Source: an uncultured Gammaproteobacteria bacterium
GTDB lineage: Bacteria > Patescibacteriota > Microgenomatia > Levybacterales > GWA1-39-11
Assembly (NCBI GenBank): GCA_964472415.1
Contig: CAYYLC010000003.1
Coordinates: 96,075-160,074 of the forward strand
Direction: 5' to 3'
DNA length: 64,000 nt
This document shows positions 22,276 to 32,319 of the stretch, one piece after another. The stretch's first letter is position 1. Each line of letters starts with the position of its first letter. Under the pieces are notes generated by a model. It saw only the letters and a program-made list of their open reading frames with translations. It was not told the origin of the DNA and searched no databases. The position numbers and the translations under genes are program-made.

Positions 22276-24570
22276 ATGAAATATTACCGACCGAGACGAC
22301 GTGTAAGAGCGCAATCCAAAACTAAGGGAAAGCTCAATTCTTTGAAGCTGTTTCTGATGGGGAGAGGAATGAAATATATCTTTTTTGGGCTTATTATATT
22401 GCTTATTGTTGGGTTTATTTTTGCGCTTTGGGTAAGTCGGGATTTGCCGACGCCAGGAAAACTTACAAATCCCGACTTGAAGGATTCAACGAGAATCTTA
22501 GACAAAGATGGAGAATTGTTATTTTCATTTTTCCAGGACATTAATAGAATTTATGTAAAACTTGATGATATTCCTGTGCATCTTCGAGAGGCAACAATAG
22601 CAGTTGAAGATAAGGATTTTTATACAAATCGTGGGTTTTCAGTCACTGGTTATATGAGAGGTTTGATTATCGATCCAATATTTCGGGGGCGCGTTACTGG
22701 AGGTTCGACAATCACGCAGCAGTTGGTAAAAAATGCGCTTCTTTCTCCGGAGCGAACTGCAACCCGAAAACTAAAAGAGCTGATTCTTGCGGTTCAGGTT
22801 GATAGCCGATTTAGCAAAGATGAGATCTTGGAAATGTACCTGAATAATATTCCGTATGGTGGATCTGCAGTGGGCGTTGAAGCAGCAAGCAATCTTTATT
22901 TTGATAAGAACGCAAAAGATCTTACGCTTTCAGAGTCTGCGTTTTTAGCAGGACTTCCGCAGTCTCCCTCCTATTATTCGCCGATCGTAAGTGGTGGAAC
23001 GGCGTATATTGATCGCAGTGCGATAGTTTTGAGTCGCATGCAGGAGGATGGGTATATTAGTAAAGAAGAAGCGGAAAAGGCTCTTGCAGAAATTAAGAAT
23101 TTTACTTTTGATCAAAAAACAGGAAGTATTAAGGCGCCACATTTTGTGATGTACGTGAGACAGCTTCTCATAGATCAGTTTGGGGAAAATCTTGTGGAAA
23201 ATGGAAATCTTACTGTAACTACTACACTTGATTCCAATATTCAAGAAAAAACAGAAAAAGCAATAACGGAAGAATTTGAAAAGTTTGAGGGATATGATGT
23301 AAATAATGCAGCATCTGTTGTGTTGGATGTGGAGACAGGAGGAGTCCTTGCGATGGTTGGGAGCGTTGATTATTTCGATACAGGGAATGATGGAAATTTT
23401 AATGCTGCAACTGCACTCAGGCAGCCGGGTTCATCACTCAAGCCAATAACGTATGCTGTTGCCTTTGAAAAAGGTTATACACCAGCAACGCTTGTTATGG
23501 ATGTAAGGACGAATTTTACATCGGGTACGAATGGAGACCCAGATTATCGTCCGGTAAATTATGATGGAGAATATCGGGGACCTGTACAATTACGGTTTGC
23601 ATTGGGAAATTCTCTTAATGTACCGGCAGTAAAAATGCTTGCTCGCGTGGGGATTGAACCAGTTCTGGAGAAAGGATATGAAATGGGAATTGGTAATTGG
23701 GAACCAACTCAAAACAATCTATCAAATGTAGGATTATCTCTAGTTTTAGGAGGACGAGAGGCAACGCTTCTGGATGTGACATCTGCGTTTTCAGTTTTTG
23801 CACGAGGCGGTAAGCAAATAGATCCTCATGCGATAGAGAAGGTTGAGGATAGAAACGGAAAAACGCTCTATGCGTACGATAGGCCGAGCCCAAAGCGGGT
23901 TTTTTCTGAAGAAACTTCATTTTTGATATCCCATATATTACTTGATAATAATGCTCGCACTGCTGCATTCGGAGCGAATTCGTATCTCAATATTCCCGGT
24001 AGAACTGTGGCGGTTAAAACAGGAACGACTGATGAGAAGAAAGATAACTGGACGATCGGCTATACTCCCTCATATACTGTAGGCGTTTGGGTGGGGAATA
24101 ACGATGCGACCCCGCTCGATCCACGGATTGCATCAGGTATTACGGGTGCAACTCCCATCTGGAATAAGGTGATGCGAGGGGCCTTAGACGGTACTTCTAA
24201 CGAAGAATTTAAACAACCCGATGACGTGAAAGCAGTCGAGATTGATGCATTTTCTGGTGGAAAGCCAGTAGATGGACAGCCGACGCGCGTAGAATATTTT
24301 ATAAAAGGAACAGAGCCATCCTCTAAATCTCCGATCTATAAAACGCTTAAGCTTTCAAAGCATGATGACGGAAAGCTAGCATCTGATCACGAAGTAGAAG
24401 AAAATGATTATGACACCGGTGAGTTTGTAGTATTTGAGGAAGACGATCCAGTATCTCAGGATGGCCAGAATCGTTGGCAGGAAGCGATTGATGAATGGGT
24501 GAAAAATACCTATGCAGCAGATCAGCCACAATACTATCCCCCCACGGAAAAATCTGATTATAAGGATTGA
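22276..24570 (+). CDS. Bifunctional class A penicillin-binding protein (PBP1A family)
   Basis: EDKDFY, GGSTITQQLVKN, RKLKE (GT51); SSLK, SLN and KTGT (transpeptidase). Confidence 0.94.
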   Translation: MKYYRPRRRVRAQSKTKGKLNSLKLFLMGRGMKYIFFGLIILLIVGFIFALWVSRDLPTPGKLTNPDLKDSTRILDKDGELLFSFFQDINRIYVKLDDIPVHLREATIAVEDKDFYTNRGFSVTGYMRGLIIDPIFRGRVTGGSTITQQLVKNALLSPERTATRKLKELILAVQVDSRFSKDEILEMYLNNIPYGGSAVGVEAASNLYFDKNAKDLTLSESAFLAGLPQSPSYYSPIVSGGTAYIDRSAIVLSRMQEDGYISKEEAEKALAEIKNFTFDQKTGSIKAPHFVMYVRQLLIDQFGENLVENGNLTVTTTLDSNIQEKTEKAITEEFEKFEGYDVNNAASVVLDVETGGVLAMVGSVDYFDTGNDGNFNAATALRQPGSSLKPITYAVAFEKGYTPATLVMDVRTNFTSGTNGDPDYRPVNYDGEYRGPVQLRFALGNSLNVPAVKMLARVGIEPVLEKGYEMGIGNWEPTQNNLSNVGLSLVLGGREATLLDVTSAFSVFARGGKQIDPHAIEKVEDRNGKTLYAYDRPSPKRVFSEETSFLISHILLDNNARTAAFGANSYLNIPGRTVAVKTGTTDEKKDNWTIGYTPSYTVGVWVGNNDATPLDPRIASGITGATPIWNKVMRGALDGTSNEEFKQPDDVKAVEIDAFSGGKPVDGQPTRVEYFIKGTEPSSKSPIYKTLKLSKHDDGKLASDHEVEENDYDTGEFVVFEEDDPVSQDGQNRWQEAIDEWVKNTYAADQPQYYPPTEKSDYKD

Positions 24571-24614
24571 TGAATCTCTGCTTTCTGCATAAGAAATTTT
24601 TATAGAAAGGTAAC

Positions 24615-26564
24615 TTATCCTATCTTTGCTTTCAGTTTTTCCTTGAGGGTTTTTTCTAGCTCTTTTCGGATTGGTGCTACATCTTCATTTGAAAGGTTTT
24701 TCGTTCTATCCTGATAAGTTATGCGGAATGTTTTTTTATTCTCATATTCGTCAATAAGTTCTGTTTTTATAATGAGTTTATTGATAGAAAGGATGGTATC
24801 TACAATTTTTTTGTATGAACTATTATTTTTTATTTCAATTCGAATATCTTCAATTATTGGTGGATATTCCGGAATCGGGATAAATACCTTTTTATTTGTT
24901 GCATGCTGTATTAGTTCAAGAAAATCTAATTCAAAATTTACGACGTCTTCCTCCAGAAGTTCGATATCTCCAATTCGTTTATTCTCGATAAAAATATCTG
25001 CGCCTGCACCACCTTGCTGGCGTGTTCGGAAGTCGTATGAAAAAATGCCAATATCCTCAAGTAATGCCGCAAGAATCCCTTTTAAATCAAAAAACAGTGT
25101 ATCACTACTTTTTTTTATTACTCCGCTAAAATGAGGATTCTCATCGGGAAGCGTGTCAGCCCTCTTTTTATAGATGTTTGCAATCTCAAAAATACTCAGC
25201 GTATCTTGGGGATTTTTTCTTATAACTTCTAAAAGGCTTGGTACGAGAGTGGTCCTCATATATATATGATCTTCTGATAGGGGATTTGAGATTTTAACTG
25301 CTGATTCAAGTGGTCCTTCGAATAATTCTTCAGAAACCATAGAGTATGTATAGACTTCATGAAATCCCCAGTATTTCATCGCATTTTTTACTCTGTTTTC
25401 CCAATAAAATATGCCCTCTTCTATATTTTTTGCTTGCTTATTTGTTATCGGAGGAAGCGAATTGGGAATCTTGTCATATCCATAGATTCTGGCAATTTCC
25501 TCTATGACATCTTCTTCTATTTGGATATCGTTGGCCCTGAAGCTTGGTGGAGTAACATTCCAAGAAGTTTTATTGCCGACAATTTGAAATGAAAGCATGG
25601 TAAGAATTTCTTTGACAGATCTATCAGGAATTGTGGTTCCGATGATATGGTTAATGCGCTCTTTTCGAACAGGTATCTTTGCTGTCTTTATAGGGTTTGG
25701 ATACAGATCTATAATATCTCCAACAATTTTTCCGTCTGCATATTTCCTATAGAGTTCAATTCCTCGTTTGAGAGTAGGTGGAATAAGCTCTGGGTCTACT
25801 CCTTTTTCATTTAGGATTGCAGCTTCAGAACGAAGTTCTAGTGCAAGAGATGTCTTGCGGATTTTTTTTGGACTATTGTTGTTGAGGAATAGTACGATTC
25901 GTTTTGTGGTATTTGTTACAACGCTATTTTCAAGTCCCATAATACCGAGCAGATCTATGATTTCGCCTGATCCATCAATTGCCACAATATCTCCTCCTGG
26001 GAGAACATAAGTTCGCTCATCAAGTGTTTTAATGATTTCACTCTTTTCAGATTCACGAATACTAATTTTTTTGTCTTCAATCCTGTCATAGTCAAATACG
26101 TGCGCGGGGTGTCCAACTTCTCGCATGATGTAGTTCGTGATATCGATGAGATTGTTAAGAGCTCTAATACCGCTTTTCTCAAGCCGATCTTTTATAAAAT
26201 CCGGAGAGTCTTTTACTGTGACATCCATGATTACGGCAGATACTCTATTCGTGAGTTTTTCATCAATTCGAATATCGAGATGAGTACTTTTTTTTGTAGT
26301 TTTAATATTTGTTGGCAATTCTTTGAATTGTGCTGTAAAGCCATTTTGGGGCAATATTGCTGAAAGTTCTCTTGCAAGGCCTACTGCAGACATGAGATCT
26401 ACACGGTTTGTTGTAACTTCTATATCATAAAGAAAATCATTTCCTATTTTTTCTAGACGCTCTACTGAGACGCTTGCGAGAGAAAGATATTTGGAAATAT
26501 CTTTGGGTGTAGCGTTTGTGGTTATGTGATCGCGTAAAAAGCTATCCAAGATTTGTATATTCAT
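24615..26564 (-). CDS. pheT: Phenylalanine--tRNA ligase beta subunit (short form)
   Basis: EVTTNRVD, NNLIDITNY, DVIEEIARIYGY, NPLSED...MRTTLVPSLL. Confidence 0.93.
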   Translation of the reverse strand: MNIQILDSFLRDHITTNATPKDISKYLSLASVSVERLEKIGNDFLYDIEVTTNRVDLMSAVGLARELSAILPQNGFTAQFKELPTNIKTTKKSTHLDIRIDEKLTNRVSAVIMDVTVKDSPDFIKDRLEKSGIRALNNLIDITNYIMREVGHPAHVFDYDRIEDKKISIRESEKSEIIKTLDERTYVLPGGDIVAIDGSGEIIDLLGIMGLENSVVTNTTKRIVLFLNNNSPKKIRKTSLALELRSEAAILNEKGVDPELIPPTLKRGIELYRKYADGKIVGDIIDLYPNPIKTAKIPVRKERINHIIGTTIPDRSVKEILTMLSFQIVGNKTSWNVTPPSFRANDIQIEEDVIEEIARIYGYDKIPNSLPPITNKQAKNIEEGIFYWENRVKNAMKYWGFHEVYTYSMVSEELFEGPLESAVKISNPLSEDHIYMRTTLVPSLLEVIRKNPQDTLSIFEIANIYKKRADTLPDENPHFSGVIKKSSDTLFFDLKGILAALLEDIGIFSYDFRTRQQGGAGADIFIENKRIGDIELLEEDVVNFELDFLELIQHATNKKVFIPIPEYPPIIEDIRIEIKNNSSYKKIVDTILSINKLIIKTELIDEYENKKTFRITYQDRTKNLSNEDVAPIRKELEKTLKEKLKAKIG

Positions 26565-26566
26565 AA

Positions 26567-27601
26567 TTAAAATTGCCTAAGAAACTCTATTTTATTTGAG
26601 TAAATCAGTCTGAGGTCGGGGATTTTTAGTCCTTCTTTCATCATCAGAACCCGCTCCACTCCCCAGCCAAATGCGAATCCGGAATATTCTTCAGGATCTA
26701 TTTTTCCTGCCTTTAATACATTTGGATGTACCATGCCAGCTCCACCCAGCTCAAGCCAGCCTTCTTTACAAAGCTTGCATCCTACACCATCACACATTCC
26801 ACAACTGATATCGACTTCAAATGACGGCTCGGTAAATTGAAACTGATATGGCCTGATTCGTGTAGTGCGATTTTCTCCGAAATATGATTTTGCGAAATAA
26901 TCGAGGACCCCTTTCAGATGTCCGATGGTGATATTTTTATCTACTACTAAGCCTTCAAACTGATGAAACATTTCTGTGTGTGAGATATCGCTTTGGCGGC
27001 GGTAGCATTTCGCCAGATTCAGCATATGAATTGGAAGATTCCCCTTTTCCATTTCTCGAACTTGTCCGGATGATGTGTGAGGAGTCAGAATCATTGGACC
27101 GAATTTTCTATGACGGTCGTCATCAATAAAGAATGTTTCCCATTCGTCTCTTGCCGGATGATCATCAGGGAAGTTGAGGGCTTCAAATGCATACCAGTCC
27201 CATTCTATTTCTGGGTGTCGTACTCGTGAGAATCCGATATTTTCAAATATTTTTGTAATTTCTTGGATGGCTTGTGTTACGAGGTGAAGAGATCCTATTG
27301 TGGGCTTTATCCCCGGTCTTGTGATATCTAGTTTTTCTGCGCGCGCAGTGTGTTTTCCATCTTTCAGACTCTGCTCTTTATCAGAGATTATTGTCTCAAG
27401 GGTTGTTTTTATTTCATTGGCGAGACGTCCTAATTCGGGTCTGTTTTCTTCTGGAACATCTTTGAGATTTTTTAGCTCACGGGTGAGTTTTCCCTGTCGT
27501 CCAAGAAAATCTATATAGATTTGATTTAACTCTTCGAGTGTTTCAACCCCTACTATGAGGGACATCGCTTCATTCTTTATGTTTATCAGTTCTGCTTGCA
27601 T
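26567..27601 (-). CDS. pheS: Phenylalanine--tRNA ligase alpha subunit
   Basis: HPARDEWETF, HTSSGQ, FHQFEG, FQFTEPS, GFAFGWGVER. Confidence 0.96.
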   Translation of the reverse strand: MQAELINIKNEAMSLIVGVETLEELNQIYIDFLGRQGKLTRELKNLKDVPEENRPELGRLANEIKTTLETIISDKEQSLKDGKHTARAEKLDITRPGIKPTIGSLHLVTQAIQEITKIFENIGFSRVRHPEIEWDWYAFEALNFPDDHPARDEWETFFIDDDRHRKFGPMILTPHTSSGQVREMEKGNLPIHMLNLAKCYRRQSDISHTEMFHQFEGLVVDKNITIGHLKGVLDYFAKSYFGENRTTRIRPYQFQFTEPSFEVDISCGMCDGVGCKLCKEGWLELGGAGMVHPNVLKAGKIDPEEYSGFAFGWGVERVLMMKEGLKIPDLRLIYSNKIEFLRQF

Positions 27602-28004
27602 AGTATTTTATGGAGAGATCAATCATTTCTTTTGTCTCGTCAACGCATTCTAGCTTTTCAACCTCTTCTCTTGTAAGCCATTTTGCGTCATTTGTCTCTT
27701 CATCCTTCGATACGTCAATTGTATCAGAAATAGGACGTGCCAAAAAGCCGTGGAGGTGGTATATGTCAGTTGAGTATTGTTTGGATATTTTCTGGAATTT
27801 ATTTGTGGCAAGCTGAATAGTGAGACCTGTCTCTTCTCGTGCTTCGCGAATACACGCGTTAGCGATTGTCTCATCCTTCTCTACTCCACCTCCGGGGAGT
27901 TGCCACTTCATATGCATTGTAGGGTTGCTCGGGTCAAAGCGTTGCGTTAGAAGAATTTTATCGTTTTCTATAATTACAGCAAGTGCAACCTGTATGTTTC
28001 TCAT
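27570..28004 (-). CDS. NUDIX hydrolase
   Basis: Nudix box GGGVEKDETIANACIREAREETGL. Confidence 0.9.
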   Translation of the reverse strand: MRNIQVALAVIIENDKILLTQRFDPSNPTMHMKWQLPGGGVEKDETIANACIREAREETGLTIQLATNKFQKISKQYSTDIYHLHGFLARPISDTIDVSKDEETNDAKWLTREEVEKLECVDETKEMIDLSIKYYASRTDKHKE

Positions 28005-28012
28005 TTTTCTAT

Positions 28013-28037
28013 AAAAAAACCTCCCTTAGGGAGGTTT
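28013..28037 (-). terminator. Rho-independent terminator after rplT
   Basis: AAACCTCCC-TTA-GGGAGGTTT hairpin followed by a T-run on the - strand. Confidence 0.75.
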
Positions 28038-28057
28038 ACGCAGACGTCATTTTGCAA

Positions 28058-28411
28058 CTATTTGCTTTCAAAAGCCTGCTTCACAATGGTGGTGAATGTT
28101 TGTGGATCATTCACAATAATTCCTGCCATAGTTTTTCTATCAAGTTCAATATTTTTCTTTCTGAGCATGTTAATAAACGTGCTGTATGAATGTCCTTGTT
28201 CCTGGACCGCACCAGTGATCCGAGTTATCCAGAGGCGTCTCATATCACGTTTTCGCCTTTTTCTGCCATGAAATGAATATTGATTTGCATGCAGTACTGC
28301 TTCTTGTGCAGTCTTGATAAGTTTACTGCGTGTTCCTCTGTATCCTTTTGCAAGGCCTAGAACCTTTTTATGTTTTTGTCGGGACACTGTCCCTCGTTTT
28401 ACTCGTGCCAT
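28058..28411 (-). CDS. rplT: 50S ribosomal protein L20
   Basis: MARVKRG...AKGYRG...RKRDMRRLWITRI. Confidence 0.97.
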   Translation of the reverse strand: MARVKRGTVSRQKHKKVLGLAKGYRGTRSKLIKTAQEAVLHANQYSFHGRKRRKRDMRRLWITRITGAVQEQGHSYSTFINMLRKKNIELDRKTMAGIIVNDPQTFTTIVKQAFESK

Positions 28412-28417
28412 AATTTT

Positions 28418-28621
28418 TTATGCAAGTGCTAGCATTTGCTTCACTTTTTTACCAAATTTTCCGTCAAGTGTTTTCTGTTCTTTCATACGTCTTAGAGTTC
28501 TCTTGCTATGTTTTGAGCGCAAATGAGAGAGATTCTGACTTCCTCGAAGAACTTTGCCCTTTTTAGTCACCTTAAATCTATTTCGTACTGATTTTTTAAT
28601 TTTTATTTTATTTTTTGCCAT
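28418..28621 (-). CDS. rpmI: 50S ribosomal protein L35
   Basis: K.KKSVRNRFKVTKKGKV...HL; infC-rpmI-rplT order. Confidence 0.92.
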   Translation of the reverse strand: MAKNKIKIKKSVRNRFKVTKKGKVLRGSQNLSHLRSKHSKRTLRRMKEQKTLDGKFGKKVKQMLALA

Positions 28622-28622
28622 T

Positions 28623-29156
28623 TTATTTTTTTGTTATTATAACAACTAATTGTCGACCTTCCATACGCATTTCACGTTCTTGTTTCGCAACGTCTTCCAG
28701 ACTATCTAAGACTTTATTCAAAACCCGTTCTCCAAGCTCCTTTTTTGTTATCTGGCGACCAGCAAATCGCACTGCAAATTTTACCTTGTCCCCTTCTGCT
28801 AAAAACTCACGAGCTTTTTTCAGTTTTATTGCTAAATCATGTTCTCCGATAAACGGTCCAAACCTGATTTGTTTAGTCTGAGAAGTTTTGGTATTTTTCT
28901 TCTCCTCCTTTTTTTTCTTATTTAAATGATACAGGAATTTGCTAAAGTCGATGATCTTTACCACTGGCGGTTTTGCTTGTGGTGCAATCTCAACCAAATC
29001 AAGTTCTTTTTCCCGTGCCATTTCTAGTGCTTCTAAAATGGCCATCACTCCAATCTGCTTATCTTCGCTATCGATAAGTCGTACCTCGCGTGCCCTAATC
29101 TGTTCGTTTTTCCGATAAAAGGGCAGATTGTTTCGTTTATTAGTTTTTCTTCTCAA
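28623..29156 (-). CDS. infC: Translation initiation factor IF-3
   Basis: NEQIRAREVRLI, LDLVEIAP.AKPPVVKIID, GDKVKF.VRF.GR. Confidence 0.96.
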   Translation of the reverse strand: MRRKTNKRNNLPFYRKNEQIRAREVRLIDSEDKQIGVMAILEALEMAREKELDLVEIAPQAKPPVVKIIDFSKFLYHLNKKKKEEKKNTKTSQTKQIRFGPFIGEHDLAIKLKKAREFLAEGDKVKFAVRFAGRQITKKELGERVLNKVLDSLEDVAKQEREMRMEGRQLVVIITKK

Positions 29157-30384
29157 TGTCTTTTTTTACTTTCTCGATAAGAGATTTTAGCGCAATTCCC
29201 TTTTCTTGTTCACCGTTTCTATGTCGTACTGTCACAATGAGTTTTTCTTGTTTTCGCGCCGTTTCTTCTTCCTGACCGCCTATTATACAAATTATAGGTG
29301 CTTTTTGTAAAGTAGCGTCACGGATTTTCCCCTGCATTGTGTCATTCCTGTCGTCAAATTTTACCCGAATTCCGTTATTTTTGAGCTCGTTTGTGATTTT
29401 TTTTGCATACTCATTATTCTTCTCACTAATAGGAATTACAACTGCCTGAACAGGTGATAAAAAGAGTGGAAATGCTCCTTGGAAGTGTTCAGCAAGAATT
29501 CCAATGAATCGTTCAAATGATCCAAAAATTGCGCGATGAATCATAACAGGTCGTTTTTCCTGTCCATCATTGTCAATATATTTGAGATCAAATGCTGCTG
29601 GTTGATGGAAGTCGAGTTGTACTGTTGCAAGCTGCCATTCACGTCCTAACGAATCTTTAATATGCACATCTATCTTCGGACCGTAGAATGCGCCATCTTG
29701 CTCTTTGAGGGTGTAAGAAAGAGTGTTATCTTTTAGTGCTTGTTCGAGATCTTTTTCTGCTCTGTTCCAGTTTTCCTCCGTTCCGGCAAATTTTTCAGGG
29801 CGCGTAGCAAGTCGAAACTCATACTGAAAACCGAAACTATCATAGAATCCAATCATAGTTTTTAGGATTTTTGAGATTTCATCCTGTATCTGGTCTTCTG
29901 TTGCATAAATATGCGCATCATCCATGGTTATTTGGCGAACTCTGAGAAGTCCATTTACTTCACCAGACTTTTCTCGTCTATGAAGCCTTCCGATCTCAGA
30001 AAGCCGTAATGGAAGCTCTCGATAACTTCGTGGTCTGAACCTGTAGATCACGGTTGATTCTGGGCAATTCATAGGTTTAAGAGTATACGTCTGAGGATTT
30101 GGATCGTTTTCATCCTCTTTTATCTCCAAGTTGTACATGTTGTGATCTCCGAATTTATTCCAATGTCCGGATTGTTTGAATATCTCACTTTTAATCATGA
30201 TGGGAGTTGACGTCTCCTGATAGCCATTTTCTGCTGTAAGTTCTCTAATATATTTCTCGAGTTCTTTGAAAATAATCATGCCATTTGGTAGCCAGAACGG
30301 AGAACCAGGAGCAAGGGCGTCTGTAAAAAATAGCTCTTGTTCTTGGCCAATTTGCTTATGATCCTTTAAATTACTTGAATTCAT
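29140..30384 (-). CDS. thrS: Threonine--tRNA ligase, catalytic plus anticodon domains only
   Basis: LKPMNCP, GLLRVR, DDAHI, GAFYGPKID, HRAIFGSFERF. Confidence 0.95.
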   Translation of the reverse strand: MNSSNLKDHKQIGQEQELFFTDALAPGSPFWLPNGMIIFKELEKYIRELTAENGYQETSTPIMIKSEIFKQSGHWNKFGDHNMYNLEIKEDENDPNPQTYTLKPMNCPESTVIYRFRPRSYRELPLRLSEIGRLHRREKSGEVNGLLRVRQITMDDAHIYATEDQIQDEISKILKTMIGFYDSFGFQYEFRLATRPEKFAGTEENWNRAEKDLEQALKDNTLSYTLKEQDGAFYGPKIDVHIKDSLGREWQLATVQLDFHQPAAFDLKYIDNDGQEKRPVMIHRAIFGSFERFIGILAEHFQGAFPLFLSPVQAVVIPISEKNNEYAKKITNELKNNGIRVKFDDRNDTMQGKIRDATLQKAPIICIIGGQEEETARKQEKLIVTVRHRNGEQEKGIALKSLIEKVKKDIEKKN

Positions 30385-30401
30385 TTGAGGGTGTTATTGT
30401 A

Positions 30402-30620
30402 TCACAGGTTGGGATTATTATTCTGAACGAAATTTACGATATCGACTATAAAACTTCCGATAATGGGAACATAGTCAATTCGTGCGATGAGAAAAGAACC
30501 TATGGCAAGAATTATGCTTACTCCGACAGTTACCCCTAGTCCCCAGGCGATTCCTCCAATAAAATTATCTCTAAGAATTTTCTTCAGTGATTTATGGGAT
30601 GCTTCGTCTACTTTCTGCAT
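30402..30620 (-). CDS. Small membrane protein (DUF5665-like)
   Basis: NFIGGIAWGLGVTVG...VPIIG pattern; start re-called to ATG 30620. Confidence 0.65.
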   Translation of the reverse strand: MQKVDEASHKSLKKILRDNFIGGIAWGLGVTVGVSIILAIGSFLIARIDYVPIIGSFIVDIVNFVQNNNPNL

Positions 30621-30624
30621 AGCT

Positions 30625-31206
30625 TCATTGTACCGAAAGTCCAAGCTTGCTATCAATAGCTTGCATGGATGAAAGCACTATTTGGATGAAATTTTTAATA
30701 GGAATGCCGAGTGATTTTTCGCATTGATAAATTTGTGCTCGGGGAACATTTTCTGCAAAAGATGCATCTTGCAGTTTCTGGAAAACGATATCCGCATTGA
30801 GATCTGTAAGTTTCTTGTCGGAAAGCTTGAGTGCGCAATATACGATAAATCCCGTTAATTCATCACAAGTATATAGTGCCCAGTCCATGGGAGTTTTTGG
30901 CTCTATTTTTGTGTAAGCATAATTATGTGCTTTGATTGCATGCATAATGTGCGGAGGAATTTGGTCTTTCATTTTTTCTTCCAGATATAACGTGTGTTTT
31001 TCTGGATTCTTTCTGGTTAATTCATAGTCTGCGTCGTGGAGGAGTCCGGTAATCCCCCACTCTTCTTCATTTTGCGGAATATTGGTTTGCTGCGAAAAGG
31101 AGACTGCAAGCGCACGCATTGCTGCTTCTACGGCCAAATGATGACGAATAAGACTCTGAGATTGGGTGTAGACAGTGAGGGTTTGGTATGCGCTTTCTCG
31201 TGTCAC
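30625..31206 (-). CDS. HD-domain phosphohydrolase (HDIG-like)
   Basis: H...GLLHDADYE...H...HN...CDELTG. Confidence 0.85.
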   Translation of the reverse strand: MTRESAYQTLTVYTQSQSLIRHHLAVEAAMRALAVSFSQQTNIPQNEEEWGITGLLHDADYELTRKNPEKHTLYLEEKMKDQIPPHIMHAIKAHNYAYTKIEPKTPMDWALYTCDELTGFIVYCALKLSDKKLTDLNADIVFQKLQDASFAENVPRAQIYQCEKSLGIPIKNFIQIVLSSMQAIDSKLGLSVQ

Positions 31207-31246
31207 TTACTTAGTATAGCAATTATTCATAGACTGTTATAGTGTG

Positions 31247-31320
31247 TGGACTTAAGAGGATTCGAACCTCTGGCCTTTGCAATGTCAATGCAACGCTCTA
31301 ACCAACTGAGCTATAAGTCC
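31247..31320 (-). tRNA. tRNA-Val(GAC)
   Basis: GGACTTA/TAAGTCC acceptor stem, TTGCA-TTGACAT-TGCAA anticodon arm, GGTTCGAATCC T-arm. Confidence 0.93.
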
Positions 31321-31537
31321 AGCATCAGAATTGATTTTATGTGTCTGTTTACTGTAGCTCGATAGAATTCATTATTTATCACCTTTTTTCTTTGAATATT
31401 AAATATTCAATAATCAGAGTGCAAGTAATCTACAGAATACGAATCTCTGGTATTTTAACAGATCGAAATTTATCCGACAATCTTTACTATTTTTAGATAT
31501 CATGTCTTATTTTTTCAGTATTAAGCAATTGCTTTTG

Positions 31538-31565
31538 TTGACACGAGAGATTTTTTTGTTACAAT
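31538..31565 (+). promoter_or_regulatory. Sigma70-type promoter
   Basis: TTGACA-16 nt-TACAAT with extended -10 TG. Confidence 0.6.
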
Positions 31566-31572
31566 AATCTTA

Positions 31573-31686
31573 ATGAGAAAAAATTGTTCATACATGTTCG
31601 GACGCGCCCTAGTGATTACGCACTAGGGAGTTTTCCGTGTGGAATAATTTTTTTATCGGAACTCCCTTACAGAAGGGAGTTTTTTT
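31573..31686 (+). promoter_or_regulatory. Candidate leader peptide plus terminator/antiterminator (attenuator)
   Basis: 17-codon ORF 31573-31626; mutually exclusive hairpins; terminator AACTCCCTT-ACAG-AAGGGAGTT plus T-run. Confidence 0.55.
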
Positions 31687-31864
31687 ATGGGATAAAATCC
31701 TATAAGCACTTTGACATATCTTGTGATGATGCTTTGTTCTCCCCGCGTGGGACATAAAAAAGTCTTGCGCTGGGGGAACGAAAGCACAAAAAAGTCACAC
31801 TGATGGGCCGGTGAGAATCGGTAGTAGGCAATATTCGATACGAGAGAGCCAAATTGGAGGAGTT

Positions 31865-32248
31865 ATGTCCACAATGCAAGCAATGGGTATAAAAGCAGTT
31901 GATCTCGAAAGCCTTGTTGTCTTACTGAATGAGCCAAGTATTGTATATGATTTTTCTCAAAGAAAAGGTTTTATTCAGTGGAAAAATAGTTATCGCGTAA
32001 TTCTTCGGCAAAACAGTAATGGGCGAGATTGTCATGTACGCGTGTATCTTCCGGGAATGGAAACGTTGATGGAAGGTGAAACACTCTCTGTGAGAGCAAG
32101 AGGCGACGTACACTTTACTGATATGAAATACTACCGTGATTCGCGATGTTTTTCTGCGAAAGTAATTGGTAGGAATCAGGGCGAGCTCCAGTTCGAATCT
32201 ATAGTTCTTTCAGATCCACTACGCTCTTTCCGTAAGAAAGGGCGATAA
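31865..32248 (+). CDS. Hypothetical protein, paralogue A
   Basis: GGAGGAG RBS before ATG 31865; shares motifs with 32320-32769. Confidence 0.7.
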   Translation: MSTMQAMGIKAVDLESLVVLLNEPSIVYDFSQRKGFIQWKNSYRVILRQNSNGRDCHVRVYLPGMETLMEGETLSVRARGDVHFTDMKYYRDSRCFSAKVIGRNQGELQFESIVLSDPLRSFRKKGR

Positions 32249-32319
32249 AGTCTTATGTTGTTGGGCTGATTTATTCAGTAGCGACCGAGTTTGCGCATAT
32301 AGCGCGAGAGGAGATTGGA

